A DNA stretch of 61,021 bases, taken from a virus. Taxonomy: Duplodnaviria; Caudoviricetes. Location of the stretch: positions 1 to 61,021 of the IMG/VR virus record IMGVR_UViG_3300032309_000977; one strand, written 5' to 3'. Shown piece after piece: positions 1 to 10,023 of this stretch (position 1 is its first letter; each line of letters starts with the position of its first letter). The notes under the pieces were generated by a model, which worked only from the letters and a program-made list of their open reading frames with translations, searched no databases and was not told the DNA's origin. The translations under genes were made by a program, and so were the position numbers.

Positions 1-768
1 GCAATACCAGTTTCAAATACTCTTTGGCATCCAAACGTAGCCGTATACAAAAGTAGAGAAAAACAACCTGAGTGGTATAAGGAAGCCACTGGTGGGGTAA
101 GTGGTCTAAAGCGGTGCTACGGACTAGGTGACTACATGAAAGTTGGTTATATAGTCCCACTTTGGGCAAAACTTGACATCCGTTTACCAATCAGCAAGAT
201 GGATGAGGGTTGGGATGCTAGGTACGACATAATCAACTCAAGCACCTATGAACTAGAAACTCTTGATGAACATAAATTGCGTGAGTACTTTTCCAGAGAA
301 ACCTTGCTTGGTAACCAGTTTCCTGCGGCACAGGCTGGTAGTTGCCCAGTTGCTTCAGTTAAATCAAGGACAAATTCTTCATATTTAAAGTTGACTAACC
401 CTTGGTTGTTTAAAACTGCTCCAGGATATTCAACTCTGTTTGTTCACCCACAATGGGAGCCTAATGGTAACTACCATGTTATGTCTGGTGTGGTTAACAC
501 CGACTACTATCATCACTGTAATGTCGTTATGAACATAACAACAGCATCAGAGTTCTCCATAAAAGAAGGTACTCCGATGCTCCACGCAATACCTTTTAAG
601 CGTTCTGACGGGATAAAGAATTCTGAATTAATAAAAGGTGACGAAAGTTTACACAAGATACTTGACGGTTTGGGCTTTAACTCTGTACACAGAAGCACAA
701 ATTGGGAAGGTGGTTACAAACATGAGCAGTCAAAACTAGATAAAAAACTAGGTGAAAACAATGGATAG
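1..768 (+). CDS. 5'-truncated phage protein, DUF6065-like (possible dUTPase-like beta-clip fold)
   Basis: Frame is open from base 1 (AIPVSNTLWHPN...PEWYK...LKRCYGLGDYMKVGYIVPLW), so the ATG at 136 is internal. Motifs PWLFKTAPGYSTLF and GVVNTDYY resemble a family often seen beside 2OG oxygenases in aquatic phages. Confidence 0.55.
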   Translation, partial: AIPVSNTLWHPNVAVYKSREKQPEWYKEATGGVSGLKRCYGLGDYMKVGYIVPLWAKLDIRLPISKMDEGWDARYDIINSSTYELETLDEHKLREYFSRETLLGNQFPAAQAGSCPVASVKSRTNSSYLKLTNPWLFKTAPGYSTLFVHPQWEPNGNYHVMSGVVNTDYYHHCNVVMNITTASEFSIKEGTPMLHAIPFKRSDGIKNSELIKGDESLHKILDGLGFNSVHRSTNWEGGYKHEQSKLDKKLGENNG

Positions 769-1219
769 AGTTGTATTTTGTCAATCTGAAGAGTTCATAA
801 ATGACGCTGTGAAGATTGCCGAGGAGTGGAGATTGCCAATCCAGGTTGGCGACTCAGATAGAACAAAGAATCTTGATTTTGATAGGACACAAATTAGCGT
901 TATACAAATACCTATACACAATGGTTTTGGTCCATTTCCAAGTGTAATAATGCCCCTCAAATCAATTGTGTTGGAGTATTTTAACGACTACATTGACTGT
1001 TCGTCTTTAGAGTTTTTTCTTTCTACAGAAAACTCAATGATAACAAAAACAGTAAAAATGGAAATCTTTATGAATGATATCCACCACATCTCCGTGCCTA
1101 TTTACATAGACCTCATCGGTTACTATGCTGTATCTGTTCATGACGAAAACGGGCAGTTAGCCAAAGTACACTTTGGTGTGAGCAACGGAGAAATGGGAGA
1201 CATAACCGCATATGATTAG
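752..1219 (+). CDS. hypothetical protein
   Basis: 155-aa ORF overlapping both neighbours. Confidence 0.6.
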   Translation: MKTMDRVVFCQSEEFINDAVKIAEEWRLPIQVGDSDRTKNLDFDRTQISVIQIPIHNGFGPFPSVIMPLKSIVLEYFNDYIDCSSLEFFLSTENSMITKTVKMEIFMNDIHHISVPIYIDLIGYYAVSVHDENGQLAKVHFGVSNGEMGDITAYD

Positions 1220-1898
1220 TTTCGCTGGTCACAAATCTCAGCATATTGCTTATGCTGACAACTTAATCCCTAGCGAAGATTGCGATGCTCTTTTAGAAGA
1301 ATGCAGATTAAATTACGGAAAACTGTTTGCACCTGGTCCAACGATTAGTGGAGTGAACACATCTATAAAGTCTTCTATGGACTTTAACTTTTCTCCAGAG
1401 TCGTGCAGAGAAGCAGGAGTTGGTTCCAGCGTTTTTGATTCAACTTATGCATCAATACGAGATGGGTTACAGTCAGCAATGTCTCTTTACATAGAAGCGT
1501 ACCCAGAACTACATCATTCTGAAGGTCTTTACGATAGTGGGTTTAGGCTTCAACATTACCCAAAAAATGGTGGACATTACAGAAGACACCATGATGGAGC
1601 GCCGTGGGACCAAGACCCGTTTAACAGACGGGTTATAGCAGTAATCATTTATTTAAACGATGTTTCTCGTGGTGGTGGAACAGCATTTTTAGAGCATGGC
1701 ATAACAGTTGATGCTGTAAAGGGAAGGATTGCGCTATTTCCATCAACGTGGACACATCCCCATTCTGGGTGCGTACCTGTTTCTGGTGATAAGTGGATTA
1801 TTAGTACGTTTATACACTGCTACAGGCGTGGTGAAAACGTAGTTACTCCAACACAGATGTCTGAAGAGGAAATAGCAAAAATTGTTGATATGGTTTGA
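1212..1898 (+). CDS. 2OG-Fe(II) oxygenase, prolyl-4-hydroxylase-like
   Basis: HxD (HHDG), IIYLND, GGGT, distal His (HPH), KW. Confidence 0.9.
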   Translation: MISFAGHKSQHIAYADNLIPSEDCDALLEECRLNYGKLFAPGPTISGVNTSIKSSMDFNFSPESCREAGVGSSVFDSTYASIRDGLQSAMSLYIEAYPELHHSEGLYDSGFRLQHYPKNGGHYRRHHDGAPWDQDPFNRRVIAVIIYLNDVSRGGGTAFLEHGITVDAVKGRIALFPSTWTHPHSGCVPVSGDKWIISTFIHCYRRGENVVTPTQMSEEEIAKIVDMV

Positions 1899-1900
1899 CC

Positions 1901-2641
1901 ATGAAGAAAAACAACGAATATATAGACGTTTATTGGTCACCATATTGGAATGCTGCAATAACCTACGACTTAAATCATCTTTTTCCATCTCCTCTTTCTT
2001 TACACGAGGATTGTATGAAGAAGTACACACCTCAAAGAAGGCCAGATGTGTTTTTTAATTGTCCAGCAGTAGCAAACAAAATGAAGAACACTTTTGTGTT
2101 TGAAAACATAGTTGATACCCACGTTACATTTGAAAATGGGAATACCATATATGCAGAACCTGAGAGACTCCAAAGAATCGGACACCTTCTCCACGAGCCA
2201 ACGCTAGATAATAACTTGCTAGTAAATTACGATTATTCGCTTCTTTTCTTTTCAAGCGAGAGTCTTACCGCTTCAATGACTTCTCCATACTTTCACAATG
2301 TGCAAAGCAATAAATATGGAATGCTTGTTCCTGGAGAGTTTGATATTGGTAAATGGTATAGGCCAATGAACGCAGAATTTAACCTATGGGATGGGGTAAA
2401 TGAACTGCATGTTGCTGCAAATGAGCCAATTTTGTATGTTCAATTCCACACGGATAAGCGTATTAGGCTCCACAGATACCAAGTAACAAAACGGTTGAAC
2501 ACCATTGCTACTTCACTTATTCACATAAACCCGTTAAAACGGTTTGCAAAACTTACAGAAAAGTACGAGTTGTTTAACAGGTCACAACTACGTTCACAAA
2601 TACTAACTGAAATAAGAAACAACATAGTGGAGAGTTCGTGA
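1901..2641 (+). CDS. hypothetical protein, probably related to the 1..768 family
   Basis: FFNCPAV, PGEFDIGKWYRP, EPILYVQF; motif layout similar to the first ORF. Confidence 0.55.
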   Translation: MKKNNEYIDVYWSPYWNAAITYDLNHLFPSPLSLHEDCMKKYTPQRRPDVFFNCPAVANKMKNTFVFENIVDTHVTFENGNTIYAEPERLQRIGHLLHEPTLDNNLLVNYDYSLLFFSSESLTASMTSPYFHNVQSNKYGMLVPGEFDIGKWYRPMNAEFNLWDGVNELHVAANEPILYVQFHTDKRIRLHRYQVTKRLNTIATSLIHINPLKRFAKLTEKYELFNRSQLRSQILTEIRNNIVESS

Positions 2642-3120
2642 AAATAGAACTTACAAAGAAACCAACAAGAGAATGTGGTACTTGCACAAGATGTTGTGAA
2701 GGGTACATGTTTGGTGAAGTCTATGGAAACCAGTTTTATAACGGCAGACCTTGCCATTATGTAAGCCCAGGTAAAGGTTGCACAATACATGAAGAGCGAC
2801 CAGACATGTGTAGAGGCTTTAAATGTGGCTGGTTAATTGATTCACGTATTCCAGAATGGATGAAACCAGAACTAACAAATGCGATGCCCTTTTTTACATC
2901 AGTAAATGGTATTCCGTACCTGTCTTTAATGGAGGTAGGGGCTAAATTAGATTCAAAAGTTCTAAGTTGGGTTTTGTTATTTGCTTTAGAAAACAACTAT
3001 AATTTTGTATACCAAGTTGATGGTGGACTAAACGTCATAGGAACCAAAGACTTTGTAGAGGCTTTTAATAGCACCATGAATAAACCATATCCACAATACG
3101 TAAAAATGGAGGAATTGTAA
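2638..3120 (+). CDS. YkgJ-like CxxCxxCC Fe-S/Zn cluster protein
   Basis: CGTCTRCC...C...CTIHEERPDMCRGFKC. Confidence 0.8.
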   Translation: MKIELTKKPTRECGTCTRCCEGYMFGEVYGNQFYNGRPCHYVSPGKGCTIHEERPDMCRGFKCGWLIDSRIPEWMKPELTNAMPFFTSVNGIPYLSLMEVGAKLDSKVLSWVLLFALENNYNFVYQVDGGLNVIGTKDFVEAFNSTMNKPYPQYVKMEEL

Positions 3121-3405
3121 ATGCTAAAACCATCTGAAATAGTAGAAGTCACCAAGCGATGGGGTGATAAGGACTATTGGAACAAGGTAAACACTATTGA
3201 GGCTTGGGCGTTTATGACCAAGATTTCAATTATCTTTCCAGGTCTTATTTTTGGTAAACAATGGTGGTGGTTGTACATTTTTGCGCTTGTGTCAAGCCTT
3301 GCCCTGATTATTACCTCAACAATCAAGACCATGCCAACCATCATCTGGTTCAACATCTGTTGGGTAGTTCTGGCGACCACGGCTATCTTGAAGCACTTTT
3401 TATAA
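3121..3405 (+). CDS. small integral membrane protein
   Basis: About 3 hydrophobic segments in 94 aa. Confidence 0.65.
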   Translation: MLKPSEIVEVTKRWGDKDYWNKVNTIEAWAFMTKISIIFPGLIFGKQWWWLYIFALVSSLALIITSTIKTMPTIIWFNICWVVLATTAILKHFL

Positions 3406-3411
3406 GATTGA

Positions 3412-3420
3412 TGGTAAAAT
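3412..3420 (+). promoter_or_regulatory. putative extended -10 promoter (TGG-TAAAAT) for the fibre array
   Basis: Intergenic TAAAAT at 3415-3420, with an AAGGAG RBS before GTG 3451. Confidence 0.45.
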
Positions 3421-3450
3421 AGGGGCATTACAGACTTCTAAGGAGCGCCC

Positions 3451-3780
3451 GTGGCCCAAGCATATAAGGTTCTTGCCCAATCTGCACCATCAGCAACCAC
3501 TAATACAGACCTTCTCACCGTAGGTTCTGGTAAATCGGTAGTGGCTTCAACGCTGTCAGTGTGCAACCGTGGCACTTCGGCAGCCACCTACCGTGTGGCT
3601 ATTCGCCCTGCTGGTACGTCAATTGCTAACCAGCACTACATCATTTACGATGCAAACATCTTGCCAAAAGATACCGCTACTTTGAGCGTTGGTTTTACCT
3701 TGGCGGCTACAGATGTGGTAACAATTTACGCATCTAGTGCCAACCTTTCCTTCTCAATCTTTGGAGTAGAAATTTCGTGA
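3451..3780 (+). CDS. small virion structural/adaptor protein (paralog of 11836..12174)
   Basis: Beta-rich, VCNR motif, AAGGAG RBS. Confidence 0.6.
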   Translation: MAQAYKVLAQSAPSATTNTDLLTVGSGKSVVASTLSVCNRGTSAATYRVAIRPAGTSIANQHYIIYDANILPKDTATLSVGFTLAATDVVTIYASSANLSFSIFGVEIS

Positions 3781-4724
3781 TTTCACGCCTTTCTGAGGTA
3801 AGCGCAAGTAGGAATTTGTCAGGAATTAATCTTTCTATTAACACCCAAACTGGCACTACCTACACACTCGTACTTGAAGACCGTGGGAAGATGCTTGAGT
3901 TTAATAACTCCAGCGCAATTACTGTAACTGTTCCTGCTGATTCATCTGTTCCCTTTTATGAAGGAGATGTGATTGAAGTAATCCAATCAGGAACTGGTGG
4001 TGTTACTTTTTCCCCAGCAGGTGGAGTCACAATAAATGCATTCAATGATTATTTAAACCTAAATGGTCAATGGTCTTCAGCAACACTTGTAAAACGTGCT
4101 GCAAATAGTTGGGAATTTCTTTCAAAAAATACCACCGCATCTACGCTGACAACTAAAGGTGACATGCTTGTTACTTCAGGATCATCGTTAAGCCGACTTC
4201 CTATCGGCACAAATGATTACGCTTTACTTGCTGATTCTTCGGCTACCTACGGTGTTTCATGGAAGCAAATCCCTGCTGCTGGGTTGGCTTCAGATTCAGT
4301 TACCACAGTAAAGATTCTAAACTCAAACGTAACAGAAGCAAAGATTGCTGATAATGCTGTTACCCAAGCGAAACTATCTGACCGTGCCGTTGGTTCTGCT
4401 GAACTGGCTAGTCTTACGTTAAACGCACAAACTGTCTCATACACACCCGTGCTTACCGATGCACACAAACTTGTGACTATGAATAGCAGTTCTGCATTGA
4501 ACTTTACTATCCCCACAGATGCTTCTGTTAACTTCCAAGTAGGTGACCAAATTAACATTTTGCAACTTGGTTCTGGAGTAGTAACCATTTCTGCTGTAAC
4601 ACCAGGTACTACTAGTGTTGTTTCCCAAGGTTCAAAACTTAAGACAAATGGTCAATATGCAATGGCTACGGCAGTTAAAGTCGCTGCAAACAACTGGGTG
4701 GTTGTCGGAAACCTAGCGGTGTAA
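3777..4724 (+). CDS. fibre/decoration protein with duplicated beta domain
   Basis: The domain (TVP.D....F..GD.I...Q.G.G.VT...NGQ...AT.VK.AAN.W) occurs twice here and once in 29960..30901; VT.AKIAD repeats. Confidence 0.7.
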   Translation: MISRLSEVSASRNLSGINLSINTQTGTTYTLVLEDRGKMLEFNNSSAITVTVPADSSVPFYEGDVIEVIQSGTGGVTFSPAGGVTINAFNDYLNLNGQWSSATLVKRAANSWEFLSKNTTASTLTTKGDMLVTSGSSLSRLPIGTNDYALLADSSATYGVSWKQIPAAGLASDSVTTVKILNSNVTEAKIADNAVTQAKLSDRAVGSAELASLTLNAQTVSYTPVLTDAHKLVTMNSSSALNFTIPTDASVNFQVGDQINILQLGSGVVTISAVTPGTTSVVSQGSKLKTNGQYAMATAVKVAANNWVVVGNLAV

Positions 4725-4726
4725 CC

Positions 4727-5269
4727 ATGCAAATACTCGCTGGAATTGGTTCTGCGGAAAGTACACCAACACCAACGCTGTCTAGTAGTGGTGACCTTGG
4801 CTCGATAGTTACCACCATTACTAACTACGATTCAGCAGCCACATACTATGTAAGTACAACTGCTGGTAGCGCAAGTCGCAGTGGTGCAACTATTACTGTT
4901 TCTGGACTAAATAACTCCCAATCAGCAACTGTAAGCGTATACGCTACAAAACCTGGGTTTAACAACTCAGCAACTGCAACATCTTCCGCCACCGCCATAC
5001 CTGGTTGTACGTATACAGGTTCTGGACCTAATGAAATTGCTGGTGGAAACTGCGGTACTTGTGGAATTATTTGTTGCGAATCTGGTGTCCCAGCCTATGA
5101 GTTCTGCACAAACTACTACAGCCCAAGTACCTGTAACTTAAACGGAACTAAGATAACAACTGGTTCGTATTCCTACCCTTGTGTTGGTTGGTACTGCCTT
5201 ACTACAGGCACGGGTTCTGGTCTATCTTGTGGACCTGGGACTATATGTGGTGGTGTGAACGGTTGTTAA
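4727..5269 (+). CDS. Ig-like + Cys-rich C-terminal protein (copy 1)
   Basis: TPTLS...TITNYD...TVSGL.N domain followed by a 12-Cys tail. Confidence 0.7.
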   Translation: MQILAGIGSAESTPTPTLSSSGDLGSIVTTITNYDSAATYYVSTTAGSASRSGATITVSGLNNSQSATVSVYATKPGFNNSATATSSATAIPGCTYTGSGPNEIAGGNCGTCGIICCESGVPAYEFCTNYYSPSTCNLNGTKITTGSYSYPCVGWYCLTTGTGSGLSCGPGTICGGVNGC

Positions 5270-5285
5270 TATGTAGACTGAGGAC

Positions 5286-5522
5286 ATGACAGAAATAAAC
5301 GAATTTCCACCCGTTCCAGACTTTTATTCAAGACCACATTCATTCTTTGCATTTGTAATCGATGGTGAAGTAACTTGGATTCACACGGTTCCAAATGAGA
5401 TAGAACACCTTATTGCGGTTCTTCAATCTGATCCAAAGATCATAGAAATACCTTCTGACATGACAAGGGATGTTGCTATGGGTTGGAGATATGATGGTAA
5501 TTCTTTTACAAAAGGGGAATAA
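5286..5522 (+). CDS. small tail-fibre-assembly-like protein
   Basis: FAFVIDGEV...GWRYDGNSF; paralogs at 17471, 17666 and 31430. Confidence 0.6.
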   Translation: MTEINEFPPVPDFYSRPHSFFAFVIDGEVTWIHTVPNEIEHLIAVLQSDPKIIEIPSDMTRDVAMGWRYDGNSFTKGE

Positions 5523-5524
5523 AC

Positions 5525-5755
5525 ATGGCATCAGCATGGCAGGAATATAAAAAGAAGTTAGGTGACACACGACCTTGGGATGTTATAAACCCAAGTGTTG
5601 AACGTGCTTCAGAAGAAGAAGCAGAGTCACGCATGAACATTTGCTTGGAATGTCCTGAACTTATTGGGTTAACTAAACAATGCAAACAATGTGGTTGTTT
5701 GATGTCAGCAAAAACAAAGTTGCTTAAAGCAGTTTGTCCCATAGGTAAGTGGTAA
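5525..5755 (+). CDS. DUF6171-like CxxC metal-binding protein (copy 1)
   Basis: RMNICLECP...CKQCGC...CPIGKW. Confidence 0.7.
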   Translation: MASAWQEYKKKLGDTRPWDVINPSVERASEEEAESRMNICLECPELIGLTKQCKQCGCLMSAKTKLLKAVCPIGKW

Positions 5756-5770
5756 CGGCTATAATGGGCC

Positions 5771-7315
<1,545 letters not shown>

Positions 7316-7336
7316 ATCTGATTTTCTAGGAGACCT

Positions 7337-7510
7337 GTGAAGAAACTTATTGATGAACTGCATGCCTTGGCGTGGACATTGGGCGGTACAGGCATGGTCC
7401 TGATTACCCTTAGCGGACAGACGTTAAAGTGGGGCATTTGGATTTCAATTGCCTCTCTTGGCGTACACCTTGTTGGTGCTTTGCTAAAAAGTGATGGCTC
7501 TGTAGAGTAA
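7337..7510 (+). CDS. 57-aa two-TM membrane protein (absent from the ORF track)
   Basis: AGGAG RBS, GTG start; MKKLIDELHALAWTLGGTGMVLITLSGQTLKWGIWISIASLGVHLVGALLKSDGSVE. Confidence 0.75.
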   Translation: MKKLIDELHALAWTLGGTGMVLITLSGQTLKWGIWISIASLGVHLVGALLKSDGSVE

Positions 7511-7519
7511 ACTTAATAC

Positions 7520-8245
7520 ATGCCTCATGTAGTAAATTACTCATTAGACCGTGGCTTACCGTTTGAGCGCATTATTTCGGTAAAAAGTCGTCGTACTCAT
7601 AACCGTGTAGCCGTAACTGACCCGTCTGCTTTTATCAAACTTAGTACTACGCATAAAAAGCAAATTACTGCTGAAGTGCGTTCTGACGGTACAATTAAAC
7701 TATCTTTGGAAAAAGATGAGACTATTGACCTTCCAGCAGGCACCTATGACTACGACGTATGGGCTAACTGTTATGGAAATGACAATGTTGCTATATACCA
7801 ACCTGTATCTAGCGGTAAAATTAAAGTAAATACTTACGAAAACATTACTCCCTTGGAGGATACGGACTTTATGGAAATTCGCTACAAGCAACGTACCGAT
7901 TACCGTCGTACCTTCACTTGGAAAGATTCAGAAGGCGTTCTTATCTCTGTTACAGATGCCTTTATGCAAGCCAAAAACTCGGCAGGTACTACGGTCATTG
8001 ATTTGCGCTGGTACAGCACAGCCCCAAATGAATCAACGGTAGTTGCGCTAACTCCTGCAAGCAAGCGAGGTTACCTTGCTCCTGCTAATGGTGGTACTTT
8101 GGTAATGCACATTTCAGACAAAAATGATGTTGCAGCAGGCACGTATACGTTTGACCTATTTGTAAAAGACAGCGCTGGAGACTGGGATTGTTTAGTGCAG
8201 GGTGCTCTAGTCGTTGAAGCCGCCATTTCCGCACCTCCCGCATGA
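7520..8245 (+). CDS. virion structural protein with two Ig-like (BppU-like) domains
   Basis: Twice GTY.(Y/F)D(V/L) followed by G.(I/L).V. Confidence 0.55.
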   Translation: MPHVVNYSLDRGLPFERIISVKSRRTHNRVAVTDPSAFIKLSTTHKKQITAEVRSDGTIKLSLEKDETIDLPAGTYDYDVWANCYGNDNVAIYQPVSSGKIKVNTYENITPLEDTDFMEIRYKQRTDYRRTFTWKDSEGVLISVTDAFMQAKNSAGTTVIDLRWYSTAPNESTVVALTPASKRGYLAPANGGTLVMHISDKNDVAAGTYTFDLFVKDSAGDWDCLVQGALVVEAAISAPPA

Positions 8246-8670
8246 GTAAAACACTTACAGTCACCAAACCTAAAAATGTCACTGTTGTAACAAAGCCGTT
8301 AGCCGAAACGGTAACAACTCAAGAGACACCTAAAGACCTTGTAGAGTTCCACGACCCAGGTGTTGCTGGTCCTCCAAACGTCCTTAGTATTGGAACAGTC
8401 ACAGTTGCTAGCGAAGCAAGCGCCAGTATTACGGGTGTTGCCCCAAATCAAGTACTAAACCTTGTTTACCCAACGTCAGTACGACATATACACACACAAG
8501 GAACGGCTACAACTACATGGACAATTACCCATGCTTTGGGCGGTTACCCGTCTGTTTCTGTTGTTGACAGTGCAAAAACGGTTGTATTCGGAGAAGTCAC
8601 ATATACCAGCACCACACAAGTTGTAGTAAACTTTTCATCAGCGTTCTCAGGCTATGCCTACCTCACGTAA
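8242..8670 (+). CDS. fibre-associated structural protein
   Basis: WTITHALGGYPSVSVVDS...FSGYAYLT. Confidence 0.6.
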   Translation: MSKTLTVTKPKNVTVVTKPLAETVTTQETPKDLVEFHDPGVAGPPNVLSIGTVTVASEASASITGVAPNQVLNLVYPTSVRHIHTQGTATTTWTITHALGGYPSVSVVDSAKTVVFGEVTYTSTTQVVVNFSSAFSGYAYLT

Positions 8671-8679
8671 GGATTTTTA

Positions 8680-9975
8680 ATGGCTCAGAAGTTTCTAACT
8701 AATATTGACCTCAACCAGAATCAACTGGTCAACGCTAAATTTGAGGTTTTGGGCACTGACCCATCAAGTGGCAACTTTGAAGGCCGCCTTATCTATAACA
8801 GCACTGAAGACACCATCAAGGTGTACTCAGGTAGCGCATGGCGCAAAATGCTTCATGCCGTACAATCCAGTGGTACATACTCCACTGCTCTTAGCGTTAG
8901 TGAGTCTAACGGTACAATAAGCCTTACCTTAAACCTTGCTGACACTAGCAACGCTGGTCTACTTTCTAGCACTTTTTGGAACCTTCTTAATGGTGCTACT
9001 GATGCCGCTACAGTCAATACACTTGCCAAACGTGATGGTAACGGCAATATTAGTGTTGCTACTCCTACGGCTGACGGTCATGCCGCAACTAAAGGTTATG
9101 TAGATGCCGCTCGTTCAGGTCTTGATGTTAAGCAGTCAGTTCGTGCCGCTACAACTGCTGCTGGAACCCTTACTACTAGTTTTGTAAACGGGTCAGTTGT
9201 TGACACGAACGTAACACTTGCTACTGGTGACCGAATCCTTATTAAAGACCAAGTAACTGCTTCTGAAAATGGTATTTACACAGTTAACGCTACAGGAGCA
9301 CCAACTCGTGCAACTGACTTTGACTCTAACGCAGAAGTAACTCCTGGTGCATTTACCTTTGTTGAAGAAGGTACTGTCAACGCAGACAGTGGTTGGGTTC
9401 TCACAAACAATGGCACTGTAAACGTAGGCGTTACAGGGCTTACATTTGCACAATTCTCAGGTGCTGGTCAAATTACAGCAGGTGCTGGTCTTACTAAGAC
9501 TGGTAACACTATTGATGCGGTAGGTACTTCTAACCGCATTACTGTAAACGCTGACAGCATTGACATTGCATCTACTTATGTTGGTCAAACCAGCATTACT
9601 ACTCTGGGTACGGTTGCAACTGGTACGTGGAGCGCAACAACCATTGCTGTTAACAAGGGTGGTACAAACGCAACAACGGAGTCTGGTGCTCGTACTAACT
9701 TGGCTTCAGCAGCATCAGAAGCAACTGGACGCACAACAAGCACTCCTTCCCTTGCTCGTATTGCCAAGCAGGGTTGTGCTGCAAGTAGCACAGGTGTTTC
9801 AACCACCACAGTTACCCATAACTTTGGAACAACTGATGTAAAAGTGGAGATTTATGAAGTCTCAACTGGTGCTACGGTAATTGGAGATGTAACCCGTTCA
9901 AACGGCAACACGTTGTCTATCGTACTTTACGGCACTATTGCTGCTAACGATTACACTATCGTTGTAGTAGGTTAA
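8680..9975 (+). CDS. tail fibre protein
   Basis: HAATKGYVD, KQSVRAATT, GDRILIKDQ..ASENGIY, THNFGT. Confidence 0.75.
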   Translation: MAQKFLTNIDLNQNQLVNAKFEVLGTDPSSGNFEGRLIYNSTEDTIKVYSGSAWRKMLHAVQSSGTYSTALSVSESNGTISLTLNLADTSNAGLLSSTFWNLLNGATDAATVNTLAKRDGNGNISVATPTADGHAATKGYVDAARSGLDVKQSVRAATTAAGTLTTSFVNGSVVDTNVTLATGDRILIKDQVTASENGIYTVNATGAPTRATDFDSNAEVTPGAFTFVEEGTVNADSGWVLTNNGTVNVGVTGLTFAQFSGAGQITAGAGLTKTGNTIDAVGTSNRITVNADSIDIASTYVGQTSITTLGTVATGTWSATTIAVNKGGTNATTESGARTNLASAASEATGRTTSTPSLARIAKQGCAASSTGVSTTTVTHNFGTTDVKVEIYEVSTGATVIGDVTRSNGNTLSIVLYGTIAANDYTIVVVG

Positions 9976-10023
9976 CAATTAAATAGACCTTGAGGGGTCA
10001 CAACATAGGAAGCGATTGAGGTC

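Noticed and set aside
5000-5269. RiPP (lanthipeptide or ranthipeptide) precursor reading of the Cys/Ser/Thr-rich tails
   Set aside because: No LanM/LanBC, radical SAM, YcaO or transporter genes in the window, and the tails are fused to a structural Ig-like domain. It cannot be fully excluded beyond the left edge.
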